From Schmidtea nova (lineage: Eukaryota), in the NCBI GenBank assembly GCA_044892505.1, contig CM097882.1, forward strand, positions 427,490,001-427,554,000: a DNA stretch of 64,000 bases, in the 5' to 3' direction. Shown here one piece after another: positions 1 through 12,436 of this stretch (the first letter of the stretch is position 1; each line of letters opens with the position of its first letter). The position numbers were made by a program, and so were the translations under genes. The notes beneath the pieces are model-generated. The model was not told where the DNA came from. It saw only the letters and a list, made by a program, of their open reading frames with translations, and did no database searches.

Positions 1-3000
1 CATCGACCACAGTTCAACCAACTACCACAACTCCAATCACAACTTCCACCCAACAAACAACAGTCACTCCAATCTCCACTACGCCATCTGCTACAACTAC
101 CAATCCAACAACGACAGTTCAATCAACTACGACAACTCCAATCACAACTTCCATCCAACAAACAACAGTCACTCCAATCTCCACTACGCCATCTGCTACA
201 ACTACCACTCCAACAACGACAGTTCAATCAACTACGACAACTCCAATCACAACTTCCATCCAACAAACAACAGTCACTCCAATCTCCACTACGTCATTTG
301 CTACAACTACCTCTCCATCGACCACAGTTCAACCAACTACCACAACTCCAATCACAACTTCCACCCAACAAACAACAGTCACTCCAATCTCCACTACGCC
401 ATCTGATACAACTACCACTCCAACAACGACAGTTCAATCAACTACCACAACTCCAATCACAACTTCCACCCAACAAACAACAGTCACTCCAATCTCCACA
501 ACGCCATCTGCTACAACTACCACTCCAACAACGACAGTTCAACCAACTACCACAACTCCAATCACAACTTCCACCCAACAAACAACAGTCACTCCAATCT
601 CCACTACGCCATCTGCCACAACTACCACTCCAACAACGACAGTTCAATCAACTACCACAACTCCAATCACTACTTCCACCCAACAAACAACAGTCACTCC
701 AATCTCCACAACGCCATCTGCTACAACTACCACTCCAACAACGACAGTTCAACCAACTACGACAACTCCAATCACAACTTCCACCCAACAAACAACAGTC
801 ACTCCAATCTCCACTACGCCATCTGATACAACTACCACTCCAACAACGACAGTTCAATCAACTACCACAACTCCAATCACAACTTCCACCCAACAAACAA
901 CAGTCACACCAATCTCCACAACGCCATATGCTACAACTACCACTCCAACAACGACAGTTCAACCAACTACCACAACTCCAATCACAACTTCCACCCAACA
1001 AACAACAGTCACTCCAATCTCCACTACGCCATCTGCCACAACTACCACTCCAACAACGACAGTTCAATCAACTACCACAACTCCAATCACTACTTCCACC
1101 CAACAAACAACAGTCACTCCAATCTCCACAACGCCATCTGCTACAACTACCACTCCAACAACGACAGTTCAACCAACTACGACAACTCCAATCACAACTT
1201 CCACCCAACAAACAACAGTCACTCCAATCTCCACTACGCCATCTGCCACAACTACCACTCCAACAACGACAGTTCAATCAACTACCACAACTCCAATCAC
1301 TACTTCCACCCAACAAACAACAGTCACTCCAATCTCCACAACGCCATCTGCTACAACTACCACTCCAACAACGACAGTTCAACCAACTACGACAACTCCA
1401 ATCACAACTTCCACCCAACAAACAACAGTCACTCCAATCTCCACTATGCCATCTGATACAACTACCACTCCAACAACGACAGTTCAATCAACTACCACAA
1501 CTCCAATCACAACTTCCACCCAACAAACAACAGTCACTCCAATCTCCACTACGTCATCTGCCACAACTACCACTCCAACAACGACAGTTCAATCAACTAC
1601 CACAACTCCAATCACAACTTCCACCCAACAAACAACAGTCACTCCAATCTCCACTACGTCATCTGCCACAACTACCACTCCAACAACGACAGTTCAACCA
1701 ACTACCACAACTCCAATCACAACTTCCACCCAACAAACAACCGTCACTCCAATCTCCACAACGCCATCTGCTACAACTACCACTCCAACAACGACAGTTC
1801 AATCAACTACGACAACTCCAATCACAACTTCCATCCAACAAACAACAGTCACTCCAATCTCCACTACGTCATTTGCTACAACTACCTCTCCATCGACCAC
1901 AGTTCAACCAACTACCACAACTCCAATCACAACTTCCACCCAACAAACAACAGTCACTCCAATCTCCACTACGCCATCTGCTACAACTACCAATCCAACA
2001 ACGACAGTTCAATCAACTACGACAACTCCAATCACAACTTCCATCCAACAAACAACAGTCACTCCAATCTCCACTACGCCATCTGCTACAACTACCACTC
2101 CAACAACGACAGTTCAATCAACTACGACAACTCCAATCACAACTTCCATCCAACAAACAACAGTCACTCCAATCTCCACTACGCCATCCGCTACAACTAC
2201 CACTCCAACAACGACAGTTCAATCAACTACAACAACTCCAATCACAACTGCCACCCAACAAACAACAGTCACTCCAATCAGCACAACGTCATTTGCTACA
2301 ACTACCTCTCCATCGACCACAGTTCAACCAACTACCACAACTCCAATCACAACTTCCACTCAACAAACAACAGTCACTCCAATCTCCACTACGCCATCTG
2401 ATACAACTACCACTCCAACAACGACAGTTCAATCAACGACCACAACTCCAATCACAACTTCCACCCAACAAACAACAGTCACTCCAATCTCCACAACGCC
2501 ATCTGCTACAACTACCACTCCAACAACGACAGTTCAACCAACTACGACAACTCCAATCACAACTTCCACCCAACAAACAACAGTCACTCCAATCTCCACT
2601 ACGCCATCTGCCACAACTACCACTCCAACAACGACAGTTCAATCAACTACCACAACTCCAATCACTACTTCCACCCAACAAACAACAGTCACTCCAATCT
2701 CCACAACGCCATCTGCTACAACTACCACTCCAACAACGACAGTTCAATCAACTACGACAACTCCAATCACAACTTCCACCCAACAAACAACAGTCACTCC
2801 AATCTCCACTACGCCATCTGCCACAACTACCACTCCAACAACGACAGTTCAATCAACTACCACAACTCCAATCACTAATTCCACCCAACAAACAACAGTC
2901 ACTCCAATCTCCACAACGCCATCTGCTACAACTACCACTCCAACAACGACAGTTCAACCAACTACGACAACTCCAATCACAACTTCCACCCAACAAACAA

Positions 3001-6000
3001 CAGTCACTCCAATCTCCACAACGCCATCTGCTACAACTACCACTCCAACAACGACAGTTCAACCAACTACGACAACTCCAATCACAACTTCCACCCAACA
3101 AACAACAGTCACTCCAATCTCCACTACGCCATCTGCTACAACTACCACTCCAACAACGACAGTTCAACCAACTACGACAACTCCAATCACAACTTCCACC
3201 CAACAAACAACAGTCACTCCAATCACCACAATGTCATCTGCTACAACTACCTCTCCATCGACCACAGTTCAACCAACTACCACAACTCCAATCACAACTT
3301 CCACACAACAAACAACAATCACTCCAATCACCACAACGTCATCTGCTACAACTACCACTCCAACAACGACAGTTCAATCAACTACGACAACTCCAATCAC
3401 AACTTCCATCCAACAAACAACAGTCACTCCAATCTCCACTACGCCATTTGCTACAACTACCACTCCAACAACGACAGTTCAATCAACTACAACAACTCCA
3501 ATCACAACTTCCACCCAACAAACAACAGTCACTCCAATCACCACAACGTCATCTGCTACAACTACCTCTCCATCGACCACAGTTCAACCAACTACCACAA
3601 CTCCAATCACAACTTCCACCCAACAAACAACAGTCACTCCAATCTCCACTACGCCATCTGCTACAACTACCACTCCAACAACGACAGTTCAATCAACTAC
3701 CACAACTCCAATCACAACTTCCATCCAACAAACAACAGTCACTCCAATCTCCACAACGCCATATGCTACAACTACCACTCCAACAACGACAGTTCAACCA
3801 ACTACCACAACTCCAATCACAACTTCCACCCAACAAACAACAGTCACTCCAATCTCCACTACGCCATCTGCCACAACTACCACTCCAACAACGACAGTTC
3901 AATCAACTACCACAACTCCAATCACTACTTCCACCCAACAAACAACAGTCACTCCAATCTCCACAACGCCATCTGCTACAACTACCACTCCAACAACGAC
4001 AGTTCAACCAACTACGACAACTCCAATCACAACTTCCACCCAACAAACAACAGTCACTCTAATCTCCACTACGCCATCTGCCACAACTACCACTCCAACA
4101 ACGACAGTTCAATCAACTACCACAACTCCAATCACTACTTCCACCCAACAAACAACAGTCACTCCAATCTCCACAACGCCATCTGCTACAACTACCACTC
4201 CAACAACGACAGTTCAACCAACTACGACAACTCCAATCACAACTTCCACCCAACAAACAACAGTCACTCCAATCTCCACTACGCCATCTGATACAACTAC
4301 CACTCCAACAACGACAGTTCAATCAACTACCACAACTCCAATCACAACTTCCACCCAACAAACAACAGTCACTCCAATCTCCACTACGTCATCTGCCACA
4401 ACTACCACTCCAACAACGACAGTTCAATCAACTACCACAACTCCAATCACAACTTCCACCCAACAAACAACAGTCACTCCAATCTCCACTACGTCATTTG
4501 CTACAACTACCTCTCCATCGACCACAGTTCAACCAACTACCACAACTCCAATCACAACTTCCACCCAACAAACAACAGTCACTCCAATCTCCACTACGCC
4601 ATCTGCTACAACTACCAATCCAACAACGACAGTTCAATCAACTACGACAACTCCAATCACAACTTCCATCCAACAAACAACAGTCACTCCAATCTCCACT
4701 ACGCCATCTGCTACAACTACCACTCCAACAACGACAGTTCAATCAACTACGACAACTCCAATCACAACTTCCATCCAACAAACAACAGTCACTCCAATCT
4801 CCACTACGCCATCCGCTACAACTACCACTCCAACAACGACAGTTCAATCAACTACAACAACTCCAATCACAACTTCCACCCAACAAACAACAGTCACTCC
4901 AATCAGCACAACGTCATTTGCTACAACTACCTCTCCATCGACAACAGTTCAACCAACTACCACAACTCCAATCACAACTTCCACCCAACAAACAACAGTC
5001 ACTCCAATCTCCACTACGCCATCTGATACAACTACCACTCCAACAACGACAGTTCAACCAACTACGACAACTCCAATCACAACTTCCACCCAACAAACAA
5101 CAGTCACTCCAATCTCCACTACGCCATCTGCCACAACTACCACTCCAACAACGACAGTTCAATCAACTACCACAACTCCAATCACTACTTCCACCCAACA
5201 AACAACAGTCACTCCAATCTCCACAACGCCATCTGCTACAACTACCACTCCAACAACGACAGTTCAATCAACTACGACAACTCCAATCACAACTTCCACC
5301 CAACAAACAACAGTCACTCCAATCTCCACTACGCCATCTGCCACAACTACCACTCCAACAACGACAGTTCAATCAACTACCACAACTCCAATCACTAATT
5401 CCACCCAACAAACAACAGTCACTCCAATCTCCACAACGCCATCTGCTACAACTACCACTCCAACAACGACAGTTCAACCAACTACGACAACTCCAATCAC
5501 AACTTCCACCCAACAAACAACAGTCACTCCAATCTCCACAACGCCATCTGCTACAACTACCACTCCAACAACGACAGTTCAACCAACTACGACAACTCCA
5601 ATCACAACTTCCACCCAACAAACAACAGTCACTCCAATCTCCACTACGCCATCTGCTACAACTACCACTCCAACAACGACAGTTCAACCAACTACAACAA
5701 CTCCAATCACAACTTCCACCCAACAAACAACAGTCACTCCAATCAGCACAACGTCATCTGCTACAACTACCTCTCCATCGACCACAGTTCAACCAACTAC
5801 CACAACTCTAATCACAACTTCCACCCAACAAACAACAGTCACTCCAATCTCCACTACGCCATCTGCTACAACTACCACTCCAACAACGACAGTTCAACCA
5901 ACTACCACAACTCCAATCACAACTTCCACCCAACAAACAACAGTCACTCCAATCATCACAACATCAATTGATACAACTACCACTCCATCGACCACAGTTC

Positions 6001-6015
6001 AATCAACTACCACAC
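1..6015 (+). repeat. 105-bp coding minisatellite array 1 (at least 57 units)
   Basis: 105-bp period; shadow ORFs recur every 210 bp. Variant blocks recur at 2,520-2,625 bp offsets. Confidence 0.95.
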
Positions 6016-6093
6016 CATTATCCTCATCATTTGGCCTTCTTTCTTCATTGCCTTCTACCACTCTGTCTTTCCCGCAGTCAACTGCATTAACAG
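1..6093 (+). CDS. Mucin PTS exon 1 (5'-partial), Thr/Ser/Pro-rich tandem-repeat domain
   Basis: Open Thr-rich frame from position 3 (includes ORF 1446..6146) of 35-aa repeats TPTTTVQSTTTTPITTSTQQTTVTPISTTPSATTT. Ends ...TTA ACA G|gttata, a phase-1 donor at 6094. Confidence 0.9.
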
Positions 6094-7336
6094 GTTATAT
6101 TTTGATTTTTAATAATTTCATGTTTGTTTCCCTAATGAAATATTAATCGTTTATTATTTATCCGCCAGACGGGAGTATGTATATATTATTCACAAATAAT
6201 ATATGCATCACATAATAATCACTTATAAATTATAATCACGAGTATAATTTAATAATATTTATGGTAATATTAATGTAAGTGATAATGAAATAATAAACTA
6301 TAAGTCACTTATTTATATTTTTTTAAAAAATCTTTTTTTTATTAAAAGTTATTTAGTTAATCTACGATAAGTTGATAATTAAATAATTAATAAAAAATTG
6401 AAAATAATTATTGTCTAACATTTATAAGTGAATAATTATTTTAGAATGTTAAGTTGCATAAATTATAAAATTAAAGAAAAATTAAAAAATTACAAAATTA
6501 TGTGAAGTGAAAATATATTTATATATCTTGTGTGATTTATGGAATGCGAACGATTACGTTATAATACGGACAGGGATATTGAGGCAGAATGATCCTACCC
6601 CCCTACTACTGTCAAATCTGAATTGATACATCAATTATTACAAACTAATTAGCGAAATAAAATAATTTGCTCTATAATATCGGACAAATAACGAAACTAT
6701 GAATGCACTACTAAACGTCGCCTATTTCCCTGCAGGAAATTGAAGGAACTGCTCTGAAGATAAAAGGAAATTTTTTTCAGATTTTCTTTAACTGTGTGTA
6801 ATATTCTTTCAAATTTAACCTAATGTTCTGTTTATTTTTAAGTATTACAGGTAGGATTTAACTGCCTAACTCCACACGTCTTTTTGATCAAACAGCCTTA
6901 ACGCAAAAAAAACAATATTTATTTTGCCTTAAACGAATCGTTAATGAAATTTAATAAATATTTATGAGTTTACCAAAGCTGAACTACCCTATCATACTTG
7001 TGGTAAGAACAATTTCTGTTCTTTAGGATTCTTAATTATTACATCGAAAACACGTTCTGACTGCGTTCTTTTGTTTGTTTGTTTCTGACTGTAGATTTTT
7101 TCTTAAGCAAATTCTAATTTATTTTCTGCCTCTTGTCGATTTCGGCCCTTATTTTATAGCGTTTTGCGCCACATTTCACCGTTGACTAAATTCCTACTAA
7201 ATTGGGTTTTATCTACTTCCAACAAGGGTTTACGAGAACTGTTTTTATTGAACAAAGAATTTTAAAGAAGTTTCAATTATTTGACGGTCACTTAGCTTTT
7301 TGTAATCAGCATATTATAATCTAATTTGATTTTGGG

Positions 7337-7950
7337 CAGGCATGCGCAACTTTTTCGTTATTGACGGCCGCATTACAGACTTTTTACTTTAATAACGACT
7401 ACCAGTAAGTTTAGAAAACCTAATAATGTTTTACGATTTATATAAAAATTTACATATAACGCAATAAAACAGAGTGTGATATTTCTGACAGTATCCAATT
7501 TACTGGTCTACATATGTAAAAAAATGTCTATGTAACGTTATATAGGACAAAAAAACGTTTTTCAACAATTATTTTAAAATGTTTGGAAAACAGCGCTAAT
7601 AATGGCTTCCTTGCTCTTGCATGTTTGCAGACAGACTTGCAAAGTCAGGGGACTCGCTGGAGACCATCAACCGTATTTAAGACTTTAGATTGCTTTCTAC
7701 CAATCGGTTTCGGAACTTGGTTTTCAGATATTTCATTCTGGCAAACGCTGCTTTGAACAAATAAGTGCTTCCGAAAAGAACGAGAATGTTTCTGGCCAGT
7801 TCTCCTAGTTGTGGGTATTCTGCTGCTGATTTCCACGTATCCAGCAAGTCGCTTTCATCCCCAAACCTTTTTACTAGTTGCTCATTGTTCTTCAACTCCA
7901 CTTGTTCTATTTGAAGATACAACGGTGTACTCTCTGTCTCCAACAAATGA
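7337..7950 (-). mobile_element. hAT transposon 3' remnant (dimerisation-domain C-terminus and candidate TIR)
   Basis: ORF 7677..7946: W...EYPQLGELARNILVLFGSTYLFKAAFARMKYLKTKFRNRL, the hAT dimerisation pattern. TIR-like CAGGCATGCGCAAC at 7337. Confidence 0.8.
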
Positions 7951-8377
7951 CCAGAAGCAATGAGTCTTATCTCTTTGGCTTCTAAAAACGAAAAGATTTT
8001 GCAAATAATTTTGGAAATATATGAAATTTTATATCAAAATTCATTAAAATAATACTTGCAACGTTATTTATTTATTCGACAGCTCCCCTATGAAATATTC
8101 CAAATATATACTCATAAACCTTATTTTCAAGATAATAAAAATTATTGCATGTCTCTTAATCTTGTAAAAAAATTTACTTTTTAAAGTATGCATGCATATT
8201 TCATTGTATGCTGTGTTTGTGTGTATAATTTATTTTTCCTTCTACTTTGTCTATCATATAGTAAATCTCTTAAACTATATAAAGTCAAAATTTATCACCA
8301 ACGTAAGTTTTCATTTGAAATTGATAATTTTTATCTTACTATATATAATCTCTAAATGTATGAAGAGGTGTGATTTT

Positions 8378-8497
8378 CGCGTTCAAGATCAATCTTTCAA
8401 ACATATCATTGACAAGGCTGCTTACAATTGATAATGCTTTCCCACATATAACCTTATCAACATGGACATTTTGCAGCACTTGATGAATGCAGATGCT
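8378..8497 (-). pseudogene. Histone H2B-like histone-fold fragment
   Basis: NSICIHQVLQNVHVDKVICGKALSIVSSLVNDMFERLILNAK aligns without gaps to H2B [42 protein letters not shown] (21/42 identical by eye, reference recalled from memory). Confidence 0.75.
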
Positions 8498-8730
8498 GTT
8501 TTTTAAGTTGGTTTAGCTTTTGATCCATATTCCGAAATATTTGACAGACATTGACCTTGTATCGTGAATTTTATAACAATCGACAGTTTCATTGTTTACT
8601 GTCTTCACTTTCTGCAAATGACGAATATAATACCAATAACGACTTTTGGAAGTAACAAAGTCAGATCGAAGGTTTTCATTTGATAAGAAGTTGGGTTTTG
8701 TTGCTTTTCAGTAAGCAATCTTCTCCCTGT

Positions 8731-8996
8731 TATCTTAAATTCTTTCAAGATCTCAATAGTCTCCACCAACGGTTCTTAAAATATGCGGTCGGTCAATCTT
8801 TAGGCATTGAAATCGATATTATTTGGGTTAATTGCAACTTGCTTTTTTTGCAGAATCTCCAATCAGTAAATGCTACATAACTGAGAGTTGTATGATTTCG
8901 TTGTTCGATGACAATAACTTCCACTTTGCCATGTTAAAACACTCCAACGCATGAATCGGTAGTGCCAAAATTGATATCAATTGCATAACCAGACAT
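8731..8996 (-). pseudogene. HSP70: HSP70 N-terminal fragment (stops and frameshifts)
   Basis: Manual translation: [44 protein letters not shown] / IGDSAKK / QVAINPNNIDFNA*RLTDRIF*EPLVE. Compare the canonical [68 protein letters not shown]. Confidence 0.85.
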
Positions 8997-10470
8997 ATTG
9001 AATTGAATTTCAAATTCGTATGAAAGTCACAATTATTATCTAAATTCTATTAAAAATTCAAAACAAATTTTAAATTTTTTTATATTTCCAAAAATCCGTT
9101 TTCAAATTTACAAAAGTTATTAAATCGCCAAAATTAATTTTACTATTTCGATCAAAAATATTATTGTCTAAAGATTCTTTAACAATTATTTAAATAAATT
9201 TCATTTTACATTTTATTTTTATTAATATTTCAAATTCACTTGTTATTTAAATTTTGCCTCTAAATCCCCCATACCATTCAAAACCCCATCAACTCTTTTA
9301 CTAATTAAAATTTATTTTTATTTTACTATGGCCGCAGCTAGGCGCGACCAAGGGATATGGCCATTTTTATAGGAGCACCAAATAATTGTATGCGGTAATC
9401 TACCCTGTATCATATATGGCCAATTTGATATAGATTAAATTGCCACATACCTTTCCATTTGGGGCTCATTTTAAAAATCGCCATATTTTGCAAATAGAAA
9501 GTAAATTTTAATTTCAAAATTAATAAATTAGCATTTGATAAAGAATAATTGAAAAGAGAAAAGATTAATTAATTTTTTTTCATTTTAGCATCAATTTCAT
9601 CGACAACAAACAAGATCGGTAATAATTATTTATAATTTATTTTTATAACATTTATACTATTATTATCATTTATTGGGAGTACATTTGACAGTGTTTTGCA
9701 GTCAGTATTGCACTAATTAGGTCAGCCATTCACAATTTACCTTATTTATTTATTCCCGATCCTTAATATGTGAAACATACACAAAAAGACAACAATGGCA
9801 ACGTGACTTGTCAAAAGATGAAGTCATTCCATTAAGGGGTGACCCTAACTGCCTAATAGTGAGAACGGCCGCAGGAAGCAAGTGGAGAAAAGAAAAGTTT
9901 TAGTAACATCAAAATTGAGATAATTCTTTTTAATAAACATGAGCGTTGTTGCTATGGAAATTGAATTAGTTGAAACGAAAATTTGAGCGCAATTGCGAGC
10001 TCTGTGAGAGCTCTGAACATTTCATTTAAACATCTTAATACATTTGCAGATTTTGCTTTTCTTTTTTTGCAGAAACAAATTATTCGGACAAATTGTTTCC
10101 TTCGCGGAACTTCTAGGAAACTTTGAGAAATTTATCATAAACAAGATAAACTTGAAATTAATATATTCAGTTTATGTAAATAAGCAATATTTGCTACACT
10201 TTATTTTGTTCCTAAGGGGGAATTCGCAGTATAAAACTGTACAACATAAATGCCGATGTTGAAGAAGAACTGGAACACCTTTGCTCTGTTTCGGATGATG
10301 AACGGAATATTCTCGGTTATGACAAATATAGGCCAGATTTGTCACCGGATGTTCATGTCTGTTAGTACGAGCAAATGTTATTTTATGACAACTTTTATAA
10401 ATTATGTTAAAGATTTATTCAAAGATTTATGATATATTTTATGTGTTGACATTTATTTATTTCCCTAAAG

Positions 10471-10681
10471 AAATCGTGACGGCCAAGCCAGCAGTGTCAG
10501 GGGAATACGAGAGTAAAGTGGGCATGAACTGCACATATACATCAGAGGTATACAATGACAATTATAAAGACAGAAATAGCAAAGAATATAAAGAGTTCAC
10601 AAATAGAATGTTTATAAGCATGAGAGATAGTCTTTTGCAGAGGTTGTTGAGGCTGATAGAAATCATATTCAATTCTATTGA
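10471..10681 (+). CDS. SEA domain 1, exon a
   Basis: Acceptor ttccctaaag|AA continues the phase-1 G from 6093 (GAA=E). Reads EIVTAKPAVSGEYESKVGMNCTYTSEVYNDNYKDRNSKEYKEFTNRMFISMRDSLLQRLLRLIEIIFNSI, with the SEA-like Y.D..S.EY..F pattern. Donor GA|gtaaag, phase 2. Confidence 0.8.
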
Positions 10682-10731
10682 GTAAAGATTTTATTCTTTA
10701 TATATTTATTCTACTTTCCCAATATTAACAG

Positions 10732-10862
10732 TCGTGGCAGCGTGATTGCGGATATGCAATTCGTTATGGCGTCGAATTCTTCGATGACTGGATCCAATTT
10801 GTCGGCCATAGTAATGTCAGCAGCAGTTGATGCTTCAAATAACTCTATTATTGTCAATAACT
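10732..10862 (+). CDS. SEA domain 1, exon b (GSVI motif)
   Basis: After a 50-nt intron, acceptor ttaacag|T completes GAT. Reads DRGSVIADMQFVMASNSSMTGSNLSAIVMSAAVDASNNSIIVNN. Donor T|gttagt, phase 1. Confidence 0.8.
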
Positions 10863-10912
10863 GTTAGTTAATTAATTAAATAATATAATCGTGTTTAACA
10901 TTTTACCTTTAG

Positions 10913-10948
10913 TTACGGTCCTTCAATCACCAATAATTGTGGAATACA
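10913..10948 (+). CDS. SEA domain 1, exon c (36-nt linker)
   Basis: After a 50-nt intron, acceptor ctttag|TT. Reads FTVLQSPIIVEY. Donor A|gtatga (phase 1) joins in frame to cag|CT at 16846. Confidence 0.7.
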
Positions 10949-11052
10949 GTATGAATTTTTTTTTCTTTGTATTTTTGTATATTTAACAAATAATTTTATA
11001 ATAATTTATCCTAATAATAATACTAATAATAATTATAATAAAAATAATAATA

Positions 11053-12436
11053 AATAAACTATTAAATAAAAATGGCAATTTATTCAGATAAATAAAAGAA
11101 TACCATTTTTTAAATATATTATTACAATATATTCAATAGCTCAGTTGTCATCATCAGCCTTTAAACAATTTCAATAAAATAAAAACTGATCTTATTTATA
11201 CGCTTATTAATGATTACATAATCACATGTAATAAAACTTTTATTAACACTAGAAAAATAATTAAAAAACTCTCAATATCCATTTAGATATTGCATTTTAT
11301 ATGTTTATTTTAGGATTTATTGATATATTATCAAAGGCTCACAATCCATACGTTCATAATAATTTTTAAAAACCCCTAGAAAGTATTTTGAAATTGGAAA
11401 TATCAATATTTTTCTTGCAAGCCTAATTATGCTCAATAATGTTACTCTTTCCACTCTTTCTGGCATGCTCTTAAACTCGTGTACAGAGATGATGGATAGT
11501 CTCTTCAATGTATGTGGAATTTCATCCATTACAAGTAAACCGATATACGAGATCAGAACCTAGACCAAATGGCACCACAGATTCATTACTGAACATGTCC
11601 CGAACTTTGCAAGACTTATAAATTATTTTAACATTAGTATTTATAATATATTTTCTAAAATATACAAAACTCTCAGAAAACGGTAAAACTATAACAGAAC
11701 CAATGCTATCCTTCAAATTATTTTTATTTATTTCATTATTACAACCATCAACACCATTGTTCATTCCCGTAACTACATCACCTGTTTCAATCTAAGGAGC
11801 ACTATGAAGGGAAATAAACGATTCAACACCAGGCGAAATTTTGTCATCAATCACATTACACTTATGAATTTACATTATCAACAGTTTCACTTACTATTCA
11901 TTGCAAGAAACACTTTGAATATCCGTTATTCTGTAGTAATTTAAATAATGTATCAATACTATTTATAGATTTCCAATAAATTAACGGAAATGTCCAAGAA
12001 CGACAAACCAATTCGATTATGATATTTCTTATTTATTTAAAATCACAAAAGCTTTCCGGTGATGTATAAGAACCAGTACCTGTTGTTTTCCTATAACTTT
12101 CGGTTTCAAAATTCTTAACTTTCTTTTCAATCAACAAATCAAGAAATGATATCTTTGAATTAATTTCCTATTCAAAAGTAAATTTAATAATTTTATGTAA
12201 ATTATTCATATAACACAAAATATGGCTCAACATGTTCTTTATTCTTAAATACAAGAAAAATATCATCAACATAACGTTTATATACTAAGGGTTTATTCAC
12301 ACTACAATTTATAAATTTATTTTCTAAACTTGACATAAAAATAGAGGCCAGTGTAGGAGCTAAATGTGAGCCCATGGCAACGCCATGAATTTGCTAATAC
12401 CATTGATTATCAAAGATAAAATGGACATTAGAAGTA
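11053..12436 (-). mobile_element. Penelope-like element family 1, inverted arm (RT C-terminal part, GIY-YIG, pLTR)
   Basis: ORF 11522..11764 ends VYRFTCNG. Reverse complement of 12940-14330. Confidence 0.85.

Larger units (their letters stand above)
6094..12436 (+). repeat. Segmental duplication, copy A (paralog at 28270-34590)
   Basis: The intron, hAT remnant, HSP70/H2B fragment, SEA exons and PLE arm all recur at an offset of about 22,176 bp. Confidence 0.95.

Noticed and set aside
1-6015. CRISPR-like or telomeric/satellite interpretation of the arrays
   Set aside because: There are no unique spacers. The units are codon-structured, keep the frame and are bounded by splice sites.
6094-6146. 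Hydrophobic tail GYILIFNNFMFVSLMKY* as a membrane or GPI anchor
   Set aside because: Read-through into AT-rich intron sequence. The equivalent position after exon 3 stops immediately (G*), so the tail is not conserved.
8560-8720. Histone H3-like domain between the HSP70 and H2B fragments
   Set aside because: Only scattered short words in different frames; not supportable without a profile search.
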